Program-made: the position numbers and the translations under genes
NCBI GenBank assembly: GCA_965208125.1
Contig: OZ242320.1
Coordinates: 5,088,001 to 5,152,000, forward strand
DNA length: 64,000 nucleotides
Source of the DNA: Candidatus Latescibacterota bacterium
GTDB lineage: Bacteria > Latescibacterota > UBA2968
Direction of reading: 5' to 3'
The notes under the pieces: model-generated
Told to the model about the DNA's origin: nothing
Seen by the model: the letters and a program-made list of their open reading frames with translations, nothing else
Databases searched by the model: none
In this document: piece after piece, positions 17,281 to 27,858 of the stretch
Layout of the letters: every line of letters begins with the position of its first letter
Numbering within the stretch: the first letter of the stretch is position 1

Positions 17281-18105
17281 ATGAAACTCGCAGTATGCAA
17301 TGAATTTTTCGAAGATTGGAAAATCGAGGACGTCTTTAACTACGCAGCGGAAATTGGCTGTGACGGCGTTGAAATCGCGCCTTTTACACTGGCGGAAAGC
17401 GTCACACAAATCTCTGCCAAACAGCGCAGCGACATTCGCAAAGCCGCGGAAAAAACTGGCGTCGAAATTGTTGGCCTGCACTGGCTACTCGCCAGTCCAC
17501 CGGGGCTTTATCTCACGCATCCCGACAAAGCCATCCGCGACAAAACTGAAGATTATATTAAAGCATTGATCAATTTCTGCGGCGACCTGGGCGGACAGAT
17601 TATGATTCACGGCTCACCGGCACAGCGCAACATCCAAAAAGGCTGGAACCGCGAAGAATGCTGGAAACACGCCGTCGATATCTTTTCGAATTGCACCTCA
17701 GAAATGGAACAAAACAACGTCACCTATTGCATCGAAGCACTCACAGGCAAAGAGACCAATATCCTGAACTCCATCTCTGAAGCCCTGAAAATGGTTGCCG
17801 ATGTCGATCATCCAAATTTCCAGACCATGGTCGATACCAAAGCCGCAGCCGCTGAAAACAAATCCCATGTAGATGTGATCGCCGAAGCCGGCAAAGCCAT
17901 GCGCCATGTCCATGTCAACGACCCCAATTTGCGCGGTCCGGGATTTGGCGATCTGCAATTTGCATCCATCCTCCGCGCCCTCAAGGACCGCCACTACGAT
18001 GGTTATATATCCGTAGAAGTCTTTGACTTCAAACCCGACCCACAAACCATTGCCGCGCGCAGCATCGGCTATCTGAAAGGTATTTTGGAAGGATTAAAAA
18101 ATTAG
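17281..18105 (+). CDS. Sugar phosphate isomerase/epimerase (AP endonuclease 2 / D-tagatose 3-epimerase-like TIM barrel)
   Basis: DGVEIAP, CIEAL, MVDT, HVHVND..LRGPGFG, YISVEVF. Confidence 0.88.
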   Translation: MKLAVCNEFFEDWKIEDVFNYAAEIGCDGVEIAPFTLAESVTQISAKQRSDIRKAAEKTGVEIVGLHWLLASPPGLYLTHPDKAIRDKTEDYIKALINFCGDLGGQIMIHGSPAQRNIQKGWNREECWKHAVDIFSNCTSEMEQNNVTYCIEALTGKETNILNSISEALKMVADVDHPNFQTMVDTKAAAAENKSHVDVIAEAGKAMRHVHVNDPNLRGPGFGDLQFASILRALKDRHYDGYISVEVFDFKPDPQTIAARSIGYLKGILEGLKN

Positions 18106-18107
18106 AA

Positions 18108-18938
18108 TCAATGTTCCGGCAACCGCTCTGCCACAAATCCCAATTCTTCTTTAATCCGACTCACATCGTAAACACTATCGTATTCACGTCCTGGCTGTTC
18201 AAAATGCGACAGATCCACCTCGTCGCCCCACCAAGCGCGAAAAATCTCCGCCACGGGGACAGCAACCCACGCCTTTGGACCAGCGGCATTCATAATGCGA
18301 ACCCCGGGTTTGTGCGGTGATTGTGCAGACAGCGTGAATACACGAACTGCATCTGGCAAATCCATAATGGTCATGCTGCCCAGACCCCACTGTCGCGTCG
18401 GAGAAATATTTCGCAAAGGCGGCAATCCAGCGTGTGGCACCGAAGATAGTCGCAAATTGATCACATCGATATCGCCATTTTGCCGCGCATAGAACTTTGT
18501 GATCTCCTCCATCAAAAATTTCGACAAACCATACCCATTGCTGTCCAGACATGGGTGTTCATCGGGAATCGGCAATATCTGTGGACGAAAAGCCGGATTC
18601 TGCATCCCAACCGCTGCGATCGAACTCGCCATCACGAATTTGCGGCATCCGCGATCCATCAAATAGCGCATCAAACACCGCGATCCCTCCACATTGACAA
18701 TCAGCGCGTCGCGCTCCGAACAACCGCCGGTCACAGCCGCGAGGTGAATCACAACATCAATCGCTTCATCATTGAGCTGTTGCAAATCTTCAAAAGAGCC
18801 AAACTCGCCGTTCACATAGGGCAAATCCAACTCTGGATCTTTTCGACTCATACAAATCACCCTGTGATCTTCTGCCATTGAGGCAGACAGTGCCCGACCA
18901 ATAAAACCACTCGCTCCGGTAATCAGTACTGTGCTCAC
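18108..18938 (-). CDS. NAD-dependent epimerase/dehydratase
   Basis: VLITGASGFIG, HLAA, MASS, YGLSK; GTG start with GAGGAG RBS. Confidence 0.9.
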   Translation of the reverse strand: MSTVLITGASGFIGRALSASMAEDHRVICMSRKDPELDLPYVNGEFGSFEDLQQLNDEAIDVVIHLAAVTGGCSERDALIVNVEGSRCLMRYLMDRGCRKFVMASSIAAVGMQNPAFRPQILPIPDEHPCLDSNGYGLSKFLMEEITKFYARQNGDIDVINLRLSSVPHAGLPPLRNISPTRQWGLGSMTIMDLPDAVRVFTLSAQSPHKPGVRIMNAAGPKAWVAVPVAEIFRAWWGDEVDLSHFEQPGREYDSVYDVSRIKEELGFVAERLPEH

Positions 18939-18953
18939 AATCCCTCCTCAGTT

Positions 18954-20186
18954 TTAATCAATAAAAATATCACTCGCCCCACCTAAAACATCTGCGATAA
19001 CCTCCCCCTCTTTCATCACCATCTTCACCTGCCGCAAGCATGCGATATCTTCAAGCGGATTACTCGATAGTGCAATCACATCTGCGAACATCCCAACGCC
19101 AAGATGCCCAACGCAATCCGCCATGCCCAACATCTCAGCCGTATTCGTCGTCATCGCTTTCAACGCATCCACTTCTGACACACCCAGACCAACGAGTTCT
19201 TTAGCCTCGCGCCAGAGCGTTGCATGCGTGCTATCGGTCCCCAAACACACTTTCACACCCGCACGAACAGCTTCGGGAATATATTTTGCCGTCAACTCGC
19301 GCGCGCGTTCAACCCGCTCCCGCCACCAATCCCAGGCCCACGTATCAAAAGACGCAAAACCCACTTCATCGTCGAAAAACAGTTGCAAATTTGGATCGCT
19401 CAAATACGCGCCCGATTTCACAAACAAAGCCACATCCTCTTCGGTCAACAAATTGGCGTGCTCAATACTATTGATCCCCGCTTCCATCGCCCAGCGCATT
19501 GCCGGCCCGCCAATCGCATGTGCAGCCACCGGCAGTCCCAAATCGTGTGAAACAGCAATCGCCGCATCAATCTCCCGCTTCGAATACGCCGCCACATCTG
19601 TCAAATCGCCCCGAATATAGTCCTCATACGCATCGCCCTCCCGCACATTGGTAATAAACAACTTGGTCCAATCCGCACCCCGAGAAAAATTCTCTCTAAT
19701 CTTCACAGCCAGTTCTTCTTCCCCATCTGCTGGAAAACACAAAAAAGGAGCAGTCCCATGACTCGGCCTCAATGCCCGCACACATACCTTCAACCTCGGC
19801 CCCACGGCCTCACCGCGATCAATCGCACCCTGAAAAGCCTTCTCAACACCCGGCCGATCTCCCAGAGTGCGCATGGTCGTCACGCCAGTGCTCAGATCGC
19901 TTCGCAAATTCATCGCACCGCGCAACACAGCCGTTGTCGCGTCCAGATCGAAATGCGCGCTCAAAGGCAAGTTGAACCGATTGTTAATCGTAATATGCAC
20001 ATGGGAATCAATCAACGCCGGCATCACAACATATGACGAGCAATCCACCACCTCGGCGTTTGGAGGCACATCTACTTCAGCCCCAACATCAACTACGCGG
20101 CCGTTGTTTACGACGACCATTCCCTGCGGAACGGGTACACAATCGGGATGAACAATCAACAATTTGGATTTAATCACTTTTGACAT
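18954..20186 (-). CDS. Amidohydrolase family protein (Xaa-Pro dipeptidase-like, subtype A)
   Basis: MPALIDSHVH, GVTTMRTLG, GADWTKLF, VAAHAIG, SIEHAN, LGTDS. Start moved to ATG 20186. Confidence 0.88.
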   Translation of the reverse strand: MSKVIKSKLLIVHPDCVPVPQGMVVVNNGRVVDVGAEVDVPPNAEVVDCSSYVVMPALIDSHVHITINNRFNLPLSAHFDLDATTAVLRGAMNLRSDLSTGVTTMRTLGDRPGVEKAFQGAIDRGEAVGPRLKVCVRALRPSHGTAPFLCFPADGEEELAVKIRENFSRGADWTKLFITNVREGDAYEDYIRGDLTDVAAYSKREIDAAIAVSHDLGLPVAAHAIGGPAMRWAMEAGINSIEHANLLTEEDVALFVKSGAYLSDPNLQLFFDDEVGFASFDTWAWDWWRERVERARELTAKYIPEAVRAGVKVCLGTDSTHATLWREAKELVGLGVSEVDALKAMTTNTAEMLGMADCVGHLGVGMFADVIALSSNPLEDIACLRQVKMVMKEGEVIADVLGGASDIFID

Positions 20187-20254
20187 GATTACTTTGTTTG
20201 TATAATGTAGGTGGAACAACAGAACACCGTCATTTTGATCACCGGAGATATATT

Positions 20255-21511
20255 ATGCAATTTGGCATCTTTTACGAACACCAGATCCCCCGCCCCTGGG
20301 CAGAAGGCGAAGAACACCAGCTTTTCAAAGACGCACTCGAGCAAGTCGAAGTCGCCGATCGGATTGGCATTGAATATGTTTGGGAAGTTGAACATCACTT
20401 TTTGGAAGAATATTCCCACTCCTCAGCACCCGAAGTCTTTCTCGCCGCATGCAGCCAGCGATCCAAAAATATTCGCCTGGGACACGGCATTGTACTCATG
20501 CCCCCCAATTATAACCATCCGGCCCGCGTTGCCGAACGCATCGCAACCCTCGACCTGATCAGCGACGGGCGCGTTGAATGGGGCACGGGAGAATCGGCCT
20601 CTCGCGCGGAACTCGAGGGCTTCAACGTGCCGCCCGGAGAAAAAAAAGCAATGTGGGCGGAAACCGTCCGGGAAACCGCCAAAATGTTCGCATCAGACCC
20701 GTACCCCGGATATGACGGCGAATTTTTTTCAATGCCCGAACGCAATATTGTGCCCAAACCCCTGCAAAAACCCCACCCACCGCTGTGGGTCGCCTGTTCC
20801 AACCGCGAAAGCATTCGCTGGGCAGGGAAACACGGCATTGGCGCGCTCACCTTTGCCTTTATCGAACCCGAAGATGCCAAATACTGGGTTGACGAATACT
20901 ACACCGCATTTGAAAATGAATGCGAACCTCTCGGACAAGCCGTCAACCCCACCATCGCCATGGTCGCTGGATTTATGTGTCACGAAAACGGGGAAAAAGC
21001 GCGCGCACAGGGCCTCGAAGGATTTCAATTTTTCGGCTATGCCCTTTCCCATTATTATCGCCACGGCACTCACATCCCCGGCGAATTTGACATCTGGGCA
21101 GACTTCCAGGAAAACAAACCCGAGAGGAAAAAAGGTTCGGGATCAGGCTGCATTGGCTCCCCGGACGAAATACGCGCTCACCTCGAATCAATGGAAGAAA
21201 TCGGCGTCGATCAGGTCGTCTTCCTGCAGCAAGCCGGCAACAACAGACACGATCATATATGCGAATCGCTCGAATGTTTCGCACAAAATGTAATGCCCGA
21301 CTTCAAAGCGCGACACGAAATATACGCCGCACAAAAAGCAGAACGACTCGGCCCCGCCATCGAAAAAGCACTCTCTAAAATTCCACCAATTGACAAACCC
21401 AAATCCACACCCTTCGAAGCCTATCCACTCTTAAAATCACCCGAAGAAAAGCAAGAAGACCTCCAGATTGTAGAGTCTATTGCGGGGAAAAAGACAAAAG
21501 AAGACAGCTAA
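20255..21511 (+). CDS. LLM-class flavin-dependent oxidoreductase (luciferase-like monooxygenase)
   Basis: MQFGIFYEHQ, WEVEHHFLEEYSHSSAPE, HPARVAERIATLDLISDGR, PKPLQKPHPPLW. GGAGA RBS before ATG 20255. Confidence 0.92.
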   Translation: MQFGIFYEHQIPRPWAEGEEHQLFKDALEQVEVADRIGIEYVWEVEHHFLEEYSHSSAPEVFLAACSQRSKNIRLGHGIVLMPPNYNHPARVAERIATLDLISDGRVEWGTGESASRAELEGFNVPPGEKKAMWAETVRETAKMFASDPYPGYDGEFFSMPERNIVPKPLQKPHPPLWVACSNRESIRWAGKHGIGALTFAFIEPEDAKYWVDEYYTAFENECEPLGQAVNPTIAMVAGFMCHENGEKARAQGLEGFQFFGYALSHYYRHGTHIPGEFDIWADFQENKPERKKGSGSGCIGSPDEIRAHLESMEEIGVDQVVFLQQAGNNRHDHICESLECFAQNVMPDFKARHEIYAAQKAERLGPAIEKALSKIPPIDKPKSTPFEAYPLLKSPEEKQEDLQIVESIAGKKTKEDS

Positions 21512-21586
21512 TCAACAAATCGGGATTAGCACTGACTTCGGGTGGTGGGCGGGATGAACTGCTGGAGCAGTTGTACCCCGCTCCGT

Positions 21587-22798
21587 CTATTCGTCTATTC
21601 GTCCAATCGCCTCACGCACCGCTTCTATTGTATCTTCAATATCTGCCTCTGTATGGGCAAGAGAGAGAAACATCGGATGCGAGGGATGTAAGTAATACCC
21701 CTGTGCAAGACATCCCCGCAACATTCCCATGCAGCGATCGCGATCAGAATTTTCCATCGCGGGACGCGGCATTGGCCCAACGCCAATGAGCCGATAACTC
21801 AGCCCTCCTGCTTTGCAAACCGCGTTGATACCTTCGATCAACCGATTCCCAATCTTCCATTGATAGGCAATGCCATTCCGCCTCTGCAGTTCCCCTATCA
21901 CGACCTCCATAGCCGCCAAACTGAGCGGATCCCCGTGCGCGGTAGCTGTCATCCACACCGACTGGCATGCTTTTGACCCCAGAATCTCGCGTTTCCCGGC
22001 AATAAAACTTCCCGCATACCCATTGCAACATGCTTTGCCAAACGTCGCAATATCGGGTACAACCCCATAATATTCACCCGCGCCGCCCATTGCCACGCGA
22101 AACCCTACCTTTGTCTCGTCAAACACGCAGATTGCGCCGTGTGCATGTGCCAGATCCACACACCCTTGCAAAAACCCATCCGGCGGCCCGCTGCCTTGAA
22201 TCGTCTCCATCACCACACACGCCACCTGATTGTCATACTTCTTCAAACGCGATTCCAGAGCGTCTAAATCGCCGTAGGGAACCGCACAGGTCAACTCGCT
22301 GACGGATTTTGGGACACCCTCATCGTCCGGGCGCGCCCAATCGTGCCAGCCGTGATACCCGCACATAATCACTCTATCGCGTCCCGTATATACCCGCGCC
22401 AGGCGTACCGCACTGGAAGTCGCTGCACTGCCCCCAATAAAAAACCCCACCATCTCTGCACACGGAATCACTTCAATGAGCAACTCTGCAACCGTCAACT
22501 CCCGGGGATGCGCCAGACTGTACACCGTGCCATTCGCCATCTGATCCTGTATTGCACGGCACACAGCGGGGTCATCATACCCCAGAACAATCGGTCCAAA
22601 ACCCAGCAAATAATCCAGATACGCATTGCCATCCACATCCCAAAATCGCGCCCCCGCTGCGCGCTGGACAAATGCGGGATAGCCCATGCCCGACATAGCA
22701 AAAATACTTTTATGTGGAATATATCCGCGAAACAGAATATCATCATAGCGATTTAGCAGAGACTTCGACTTTGCAATGGTGTAATTCTTTTTTGACAT
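21587..22798 (-). CDS. Class III PLP aminotransferase (glutamate-1-semialdehyde aminomutase-like)
   Basis: FWDVDGNAYLDY, GYHGWHDW, VFDETKVGFR, PDIATFGK (PLP lysine). Confidence 0.88.
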   Translation of the reverse strand: MSKKNYTIAKSKSLLNRYDDILFRGYIPHKSIFAMSGMGYPAFVQRAAGARFWDVDGNAYLDYLLGFGPIVLGYDDPAVCRAIQDQMANGTVYSLAHPRELTVAELLIEVIPCAEMVGFFIGGSAATSSAVRLARVYTGRDRVIMCGYHGWHDWARPDDEGVPKSVSELTCAVPYGDLDALESRLKKYDNQVACVVMETIQGSGPPDGFLQGCVDLAHAHGAICVFDETKVGFRVAMGGAGEYYGVVPDIATFGKACCNGYAGSFIAGKREILGSKACQSVWMTATAHGDPLSLAAMEVVIGELQRRNGIAYQWKIGNRLIEGINAVCKAGGLSYRLIGVGPMPRPAMENSDRDRCMGMLRGCLAQGYYLHPSHPMFLSLAHTEADIEDTIEAVREAIGRIDE

Positions 22799-23016
22799 TT
22801 ATTGATCTCCTGCGCCCATAAATTGAACTTCTTTTTCTAACAACAAATAAACTTCTCAAACAGACACAAGCACAAAATAGACTGCTTCTGCGCTCCTATT
22901 GTACTTGCTACCTGTCTTTTCTTATCCTATTTTTGATAATATAAAACTACAGGAGCCTACCTGCCTCCTTTCTCTCGCCTCTTACGTCTCACCTCTTACC
23001 TCTCACTGGATAATTT

Positions 23017-24051
23017 ATGCCACGCGAACTCATAGCAGACCGACCGGGGCATACGACCTTGCGGGAATACGATGAAGTCTCCCTAAAACCCGGTCAAGTA
23101 CGCACAAAAACCCTGTTTTCAGCAGTAAAACACGGCACGGAGTTCCGGGGTTTTCAGGCCAATACACTCGATGCGTCCGATGTTTTTAGCTGGGAATGGC
23201 GCATGCACCTGCGCGGACAAAAGCAGAAAGATGCGTTTCCAAAACGGTTGGGCAATATGTATGTCGCCAAAGTGACAGATGTGGGACAAGACGTGTCAAA
23301 TATTCGGGAGGGAGATCGGATTTTTGGTCATGGCCCCGTTCGAGAGACGCATACACTTTCGGCGGACTGCGTAGAAAAAGCACCGGATGGCGTATCGTGG
23401 CAGGCTCTAATGGCTACAGACCCCGCAGGCGTTGCCCTCGGAGGCGTCAGAGACGCCAATATCCGCATTGGGGATCGCGTCGCAGTCTTTGGTCTGGGGG
23501 CGATTGGATTGATGACCGTACAACTCGCCCGCATCGCTGGCGCGCGCTGGGTCGCGGCAATTGACCCCATTGAAAAGCGATGCCTGATTTCCGAAGCCTA
23601 CGGTGCAGATATCGTCCTGGACCCACGCGAAACTGATGTGGGCATGGTTATTAAACAAGCCACCGCAAAACTCGGCGTCGATGTATCTATGGAAACCAGC
23701 GGATCGTCCGCTGCAATGACCGACGCCCTGCGTTCAACGCGCTATCAGGGCACGGTTGTATCCACGGCATATTACAATGCCCCCATGCAAAGCCTGCATT
23801 TGACCGGCGAATGGCATCGCAATCGGATTCGCATTATATCCGTGAGATCCGACAGCGAACCCTGGCTGGATTACGGATGGGACAAAAAGCGCGGAAATAA
23901 AGAAGCCTTCGACCTGCTCGTTGAAGGCCGTCTAAACGCCGAGGGCTTGATCGATCCCATCGTGCCTCTTAACCATGTTGCCGAAGCCTATATGCAAATG
24001 AATGAATACCCGGAAACGGGCATTAAACTCGGTGTTGATCATTCCCTCTAA
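23017..24051 (+). CDS. MDR-family (zinc-type alcohol dehydrogenase-like) oxidoreductase
   Basis: SAVKHGTE, GDRVAVFGLGAIGL, DVSMETSGS. Confidence 0.85.
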   Translation: MPRELIADRPGHTTLREYDEVSLKPGQVRTKTLFSAVKHGTEFRGFQANTLDASDVFSWEWRMHLRGQKQKDAFPKRLGNMYVAKVTDVGQDVSNIREGDRIFGHGPVRETHTLSADCVEKAPDGVSWQALMATDPAGVALGGVRDANIRIGDRVAVFGLGAIGLMTVQLARIAGARWVAAIDPIEKRCLISEAYGADIVLDPRETDVGMVIKQATAKLGVDVSMETSGSSAAMTDALRSTRYQGTVVSTAYYNAPMQSLHLTGEWHRNRIRIISVRSDSEPWLDYGWDKKRGNKEAFDLLVEGRLNAEGLIDPIVPLNHVAEAYMQMNEYPETGIKLGVDHSL

Positions 24052-26540
24052 TGGGTGATCTCACCACTTTACTCATGCCAAAAATTCAAACCATAGCGAT
24101 ATGTCTATCCATCCTGTTGACCACCACAGACCTGCTGGCGAATGAGGGCACAGTACAGCAAGTCTCAGGAGACCTCGTTTACGTCACGGGCATGAATGGT
24201 CTGGCGCCACTGTGGTCAAATCTCACAGTGCAGAACGGACAGGACACAGGCGCAAGACTCGAAGTCATCAAAGAATTGCCAGAATTGGTCGTAACGAGAG
24301 TCGTAGAAGCCAACGGAACAGCGGTGAATACCGGTGATGCAGTGATGCTGAGTACCGCACAACCAGACGTATCGGCGCGAAAAGCCAGACGGACTGTTTA
24401 CGCCACCCGCGTTGACAAAAATCCAAATGTAGATGGCGTACTGGACGACTCTGTATGGTCGCGGGCAACACCGATCAGGGGTTTTGTACAGCGCGATCCA
24501 AACTACTGGATGCCGAGTCCCGAACAAACAATCGTGCGGATTATTTACACGGACAAAAGCATCTACTTTGGTTTTGAATGCCTCGTCCCGGACTCCTCTC
24601 AATTTATCGCAAACAACATGCGACGAGATTCCGAAATCCGCGGCGATGACAATATTCAAATCCTGCTCGACACGTACAATGATCGGCAAAATGGCTTCTT
24701 TTTCTCTGTCAATCCCCTTGGGGCGCAAAGCGATTTGATGCTCTCCAACGAGGGGCGAACCTATAACCGCGATTGGGATTGCAATTGGACCGCCCGCACC
24801 AGGCACTATCCCGACCGATGGACAGTCGAAATCGAAATCCCGTTCAGCCAACTGCGGTTTAAGCAAGCTGCCGACGCCACATGGGGCATCAATCTTGCGC
24901 GCTATATTGCCCGAAAAAATCTGGCGACCCAACTCGTCGTCGGCCAGCAGACTTCTTCATCCACAGAGCGTTACCGCACGGCGGACATCGGCGAACTTCA
25001 CGGCCTCCAACACATTCGCGCCAGACGTCCGATATACATCAAACCCTACGCTTTGCCGGGCACGACCATGGACGATCAGGCAATCAATCCCTCTGAAAGC
25101 CGCACATTTGAAACGGGTCTCGATCTGCGCTATGGCATCACGTCAAACATCTCGCTCGACCTATCCTACAACACGGATTTCGCACAGGTCGAAGGCGACC
25201 AGGAACAAACCAACCTGACGCAGTTTCGCCTCTTCTTCCCCGAAAAACGCGAGTTCTTCCTCGAAGGGGCCAACCTATTCCAATTTGGCGAACAAGCGCG
25301 AAGAACCGGCAGCGGTACCAGACCCCCCACCCTCCTTTTTTACACCAGACGCATCGGCCTTGAGAAAGGAAAAAAAATCCCGATTATCGTCGGATCAAAA
25401 ATTGCCGGGAAAGAAGGGCGAACAAGTATTGGCGGCCTCAATGTACTGACCGACGCGGCATTATTTGCAGAAGATGGCGACACAGTCCTGGTACACCGCA
25501 CCAACTACTCGGTCCTCAGCGTAAGACGCGACATCTTCGCACGGTCAAACTTTGGTTTCATCATGGTCAACAAACAAATCGATGATCCTCACGAGGGATG
25601 GAACCAGTACAACCGCGCGGGGGGCATTGATTTTAACTATTCCCCAACGCCAAACCTGAATTTCCAGGCATTTGCTGCGCGAACATGGGATTCGCAGGTA
25701 GAAAACGCAGACGATGCGCGTTTTGCATCTATGAACTATCGCGGCACCAAATATTGGGCGCGTTTCAAAGTTCTCGATGTCGAAGAACAATTTGAACCTG
25801 CCGTGGGGTTCATCAATAGCAGAAGTGGATTGGAAGGTTTTAGACGTTATGACCTCTATGCCCGCTACCGCCCCAGACCGAAATTCGCCAATATTCGCTA
25901 CATGTCAATCGGTCCCGAAGCGCAAATTTTTACAGACCGCGACAACAATGTGAAATACTGGACAGTCGAACTCTCGACATTTGCCATCTTTAATACCGGC
26001 GACTACTGGCGGTTCGAATTAAAACGCACGCGCGACGTAGTCGATGAGGAATTCTCTCCCTCTGCGCGAAACAAAGATGTAATCATCCCCCCCGATACCT
26101 ATACCTTCACGTCATTTACCACGGGACCGCGTCCCAGCCGATCTCGAAAACTGCGCCCCGGCATCACCTTTGAAGCCGGCACATACTACACGGGAAGACG
26201 CTATACCATACGGTCGGAAAGCGCCTTTCGCCCCTCTGGTCAACTGTCTTATGAAGTGGAATATCAGGGCGACTGGGTCCGACTTCCACAGGGGAACTTT
26301 AACATCCACACGCTCAGCAACCGCCTGCAATACTCTTTTTCCACAGACTTTTTTGTCAAGCTCTTTGTGCAGTGGAACAACGACAAAGAGTTCGCAAGCG
26401 CGAATTTTCTCCTCAACTACCGGTATCGCCCCGGCAGCGACATCTTTCTCGTCTTCGACAGCGCTTATGGCACCGATCCGACTTTAACCCGACGAAACCG
26501 TTCAGTACTCCTCAAGCTCTCCTATCTTCTGGGTCTGTGA
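24051..26540 (+). CDS. DUF5916 / CBM9-like outer-membrane protein
   Basis: PNVDGVLDDSVW, FVQRDP, LDTYND..NGFFFSVNPLG, WTVEIEIPFSQLRF, NTDFAQVEGD, LFFPEKREFFLEG, C-terminal LLKLSYL. Start may be the nearby downstream ATG. Confidence 0.85.
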   Translation: MGDLTTLLMPKIQTIAICLSILLTTTDLLANEGTVQQVSGDLVYVTGMNGLAPLWSNLTVQNGQDTGARLEVIKELPELVVTRVVEANGTAVNTGDAVMLSTAQPDVSARKARRTVYATRVDKNPNVDGVLDDSVWSRATPIRGFVQRDPNYWMPSPEQTIVRIIYTDKSIYFGFECLVPDSSQFIANNMRRDSEIRGDDNIQILLDTYNDRQNGFFFSVNPLGAQSDLMLSNEGRTYNRDWDCNWTARTRHYPDRWTVEIEIPFSQLRFKQAADATWGINLARYIARKNLATQLVVGQQTSSSTERYRTADIGELHGLQHIRARRPIYIKPYALPGTTMDDQAINPSESRTFETGLDLRYGITSNISLDLSYNTDFAQVEGDQEQTNLTQFRLFFPEKREFFLEGANLFQFGEQARRTGSGTRPPTLLFYTRRIGLEKGKKIPIIVGSKIAGKEGRTSIGGLNVLTDAALFAEDGDTVLVHRTNYSVLSVRRDIFARSNFGFIMVNKQIDDPHEGWNQYNRAGGIDFNYSPTPNLNFQAFAARTWDSQVENADDARFASMNYRGTKYWARFKVLDVEEQFEPAVGFINSRSGLEGFRRYDLYARYRPRPKFANIRYMSIGPEAQIFTDRDNNVKYWTVELSTFAIFNTGDYWRFELKRTRDVVDEEFSPSARNKDVIIPPDTYTFTSFTTGPRPSRSRKLRPGITFEAGTYYTGRRYTIRSESAFRPSGQLSYEVEYQGDWVRLPQGNFNIHTLSNRLQYSFSTDFFVKLFVQWNNDKEFASANFLLNYRYRPGSDIFLVFDSAYGTDPTLTRRNRSVLLKLSYLLGL

Positions 26541-27723
26541 CGAATCTATCTATTCGTCTAACAGCCAGCGCGACAGCCTCGCCTCCGCCAATGCAGAGTG
26601 CGGCAATACCAATGCGCTTGTCGGCGCGTTTTAAAGCGTGAATAAGAGTTACGAGAATGCGCGTGCCGCTCGCCCCAATGGGATGCCCAAGTGCGACAGC
26701 ACCGCCATTGACATTGAGTTTTTCTGCCGGGATGTCCAGATCATGGGCCGCCGCCATTGGAACGCCGGAAAAGGCTTCATTGATTTCAAACAGATCGATA
26801 TCCGCGACCGCAAGGGAGAGTTTGGATAAAAGTTTGGAGATGGCACCAATAGGCGCGAGCGTGAACCACTCCGGCTCCTGAGCGTGTGTGGCATAACCCA
26901 AAATCTCAACTTCGGGTGTGATACCGCAATCTTCTGATTTTTCACCTGAAAGGACGATAACAGACGCTGCACCATCGTTGATACTCGACGCATTGCCGGG
27001 CGTCACCGTGCCGTCTTTTGAAAACGCAGGGCGCAGTTGTCGGAGTTTGTCCTCGTCAAATCTCAGGGGTTCTTCATCCCGGTCTATAGTCGTAATTGTC
27101 TTGCCAGCGGGTGCTTTTACAGGCACAATCTCGCTGCGGAATTGGCCTTCTTTATCGGCGCGAAGTGCTCTTTTATAGCTACTGATGGCAAAATTATCCT
27201 GGTCTTCGCGTGAAAAATCGTAGCGTTCAGCACATCGGTCGCCACAGGTACCCATATGCAGGTCATTGTACACATCCCATAAGCCATCGCGGATCATTGA
27301 ATCGACGAGTTCGCCTGCCCCCAGTCTGTAACCCGTTCGCGCTTTTTCGAGAAGATAGGGCGCGCAACTCATGTTTTCCGTGCCCCCTGCAAGGATCAAG
27401 TCGGCATCGCCACACTGGATGGCCTGCGCGGCGAGCATAACGGATTTGAGGCCCGAACCGCAAACTTTGTTGACCGTTGTTGCCCCCGCAGAAGTATCGA
27501 GACCCGCGCCAATGGCAACTTGACGCGCGACATTTTGCCCCAACCCCGCACTGAGCACATTGCCAAAAATCACTTCATCGACATCGTCGCCGAGTATGCC
27601 CGCCTGCGCTATTGAAGCCGCCGCAACCGCACTGCCCAATTCAGGAGCAGACACCTCGGCAAAGCCGCCCATAAATCCACCAATAGCTGTGCGTTTGCTC
27701 CCGGTGATATAAATGTGTTTCAT
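26512..27723 (-). CDS. Acetyl-CoA C-acetyltransferase (thiolase)
   Basis: TVNKVCGSG, EINEAF, GGAVALGHPIGASG, LCIGGGE. GGAGG RBS before ATG 27723. Confidence 0.95.
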   Translation of the reverse strand: MKHIYITGSKRTAIGGFMGGFAEVSAPELGSAVAAASIAQAGILGDDVDEVIFGNVLSAGLGQNVARQVAIGAGLDTSAGATTVNKVCGSGLKSVMLAAQAIQCGDADLILAGGTENMSCAPYLLEKARTGYRLGAGELVDSMIRDGLWDVYNDLHMGTCGDRCAERYDFSREDQDNFAISSYKRALRADKEGQFRSEIVPVKAPAGKTITTIDRDEEPLRFDEDKLRQLRPAFSKDGTVTPGNASSINDGAASVIVLSGEKSEDCGITPEVEILGYATHAQEPEWFTLAPIGAISKLLSKLSLAVADIDLFEINEAFSGVPMAAAHDLDIPAEKLNVNGGAVALGHPIGASGTRILVTLIHALKRADKRIGIAALCIGGGEAVALAVRRIDRFVTDPEDRRA

Positions 27724-27858
27724 AACCATTCCTCCATTTTGTAAGATTACCAAGATACATCCAGACTGAGAAATAATGCAAGAAATAAGAAAGCAGTAAG
27801 ACGCAAAAGGTAATGGGAAACTACTCCATCCTCACGTCCCACATCTAACCGTTTTATT

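Noticed and set aside
21587-22798. Assignment as hemL
   Set aside because: Only generic class III motifs and no heme genes nearby, so no symbol given.
26512-26540. 29-bp convergent overlap between the DUF5916 and thiolase genes
   Set aside because: Short tail-to-tail overlaps are common; no further signal.
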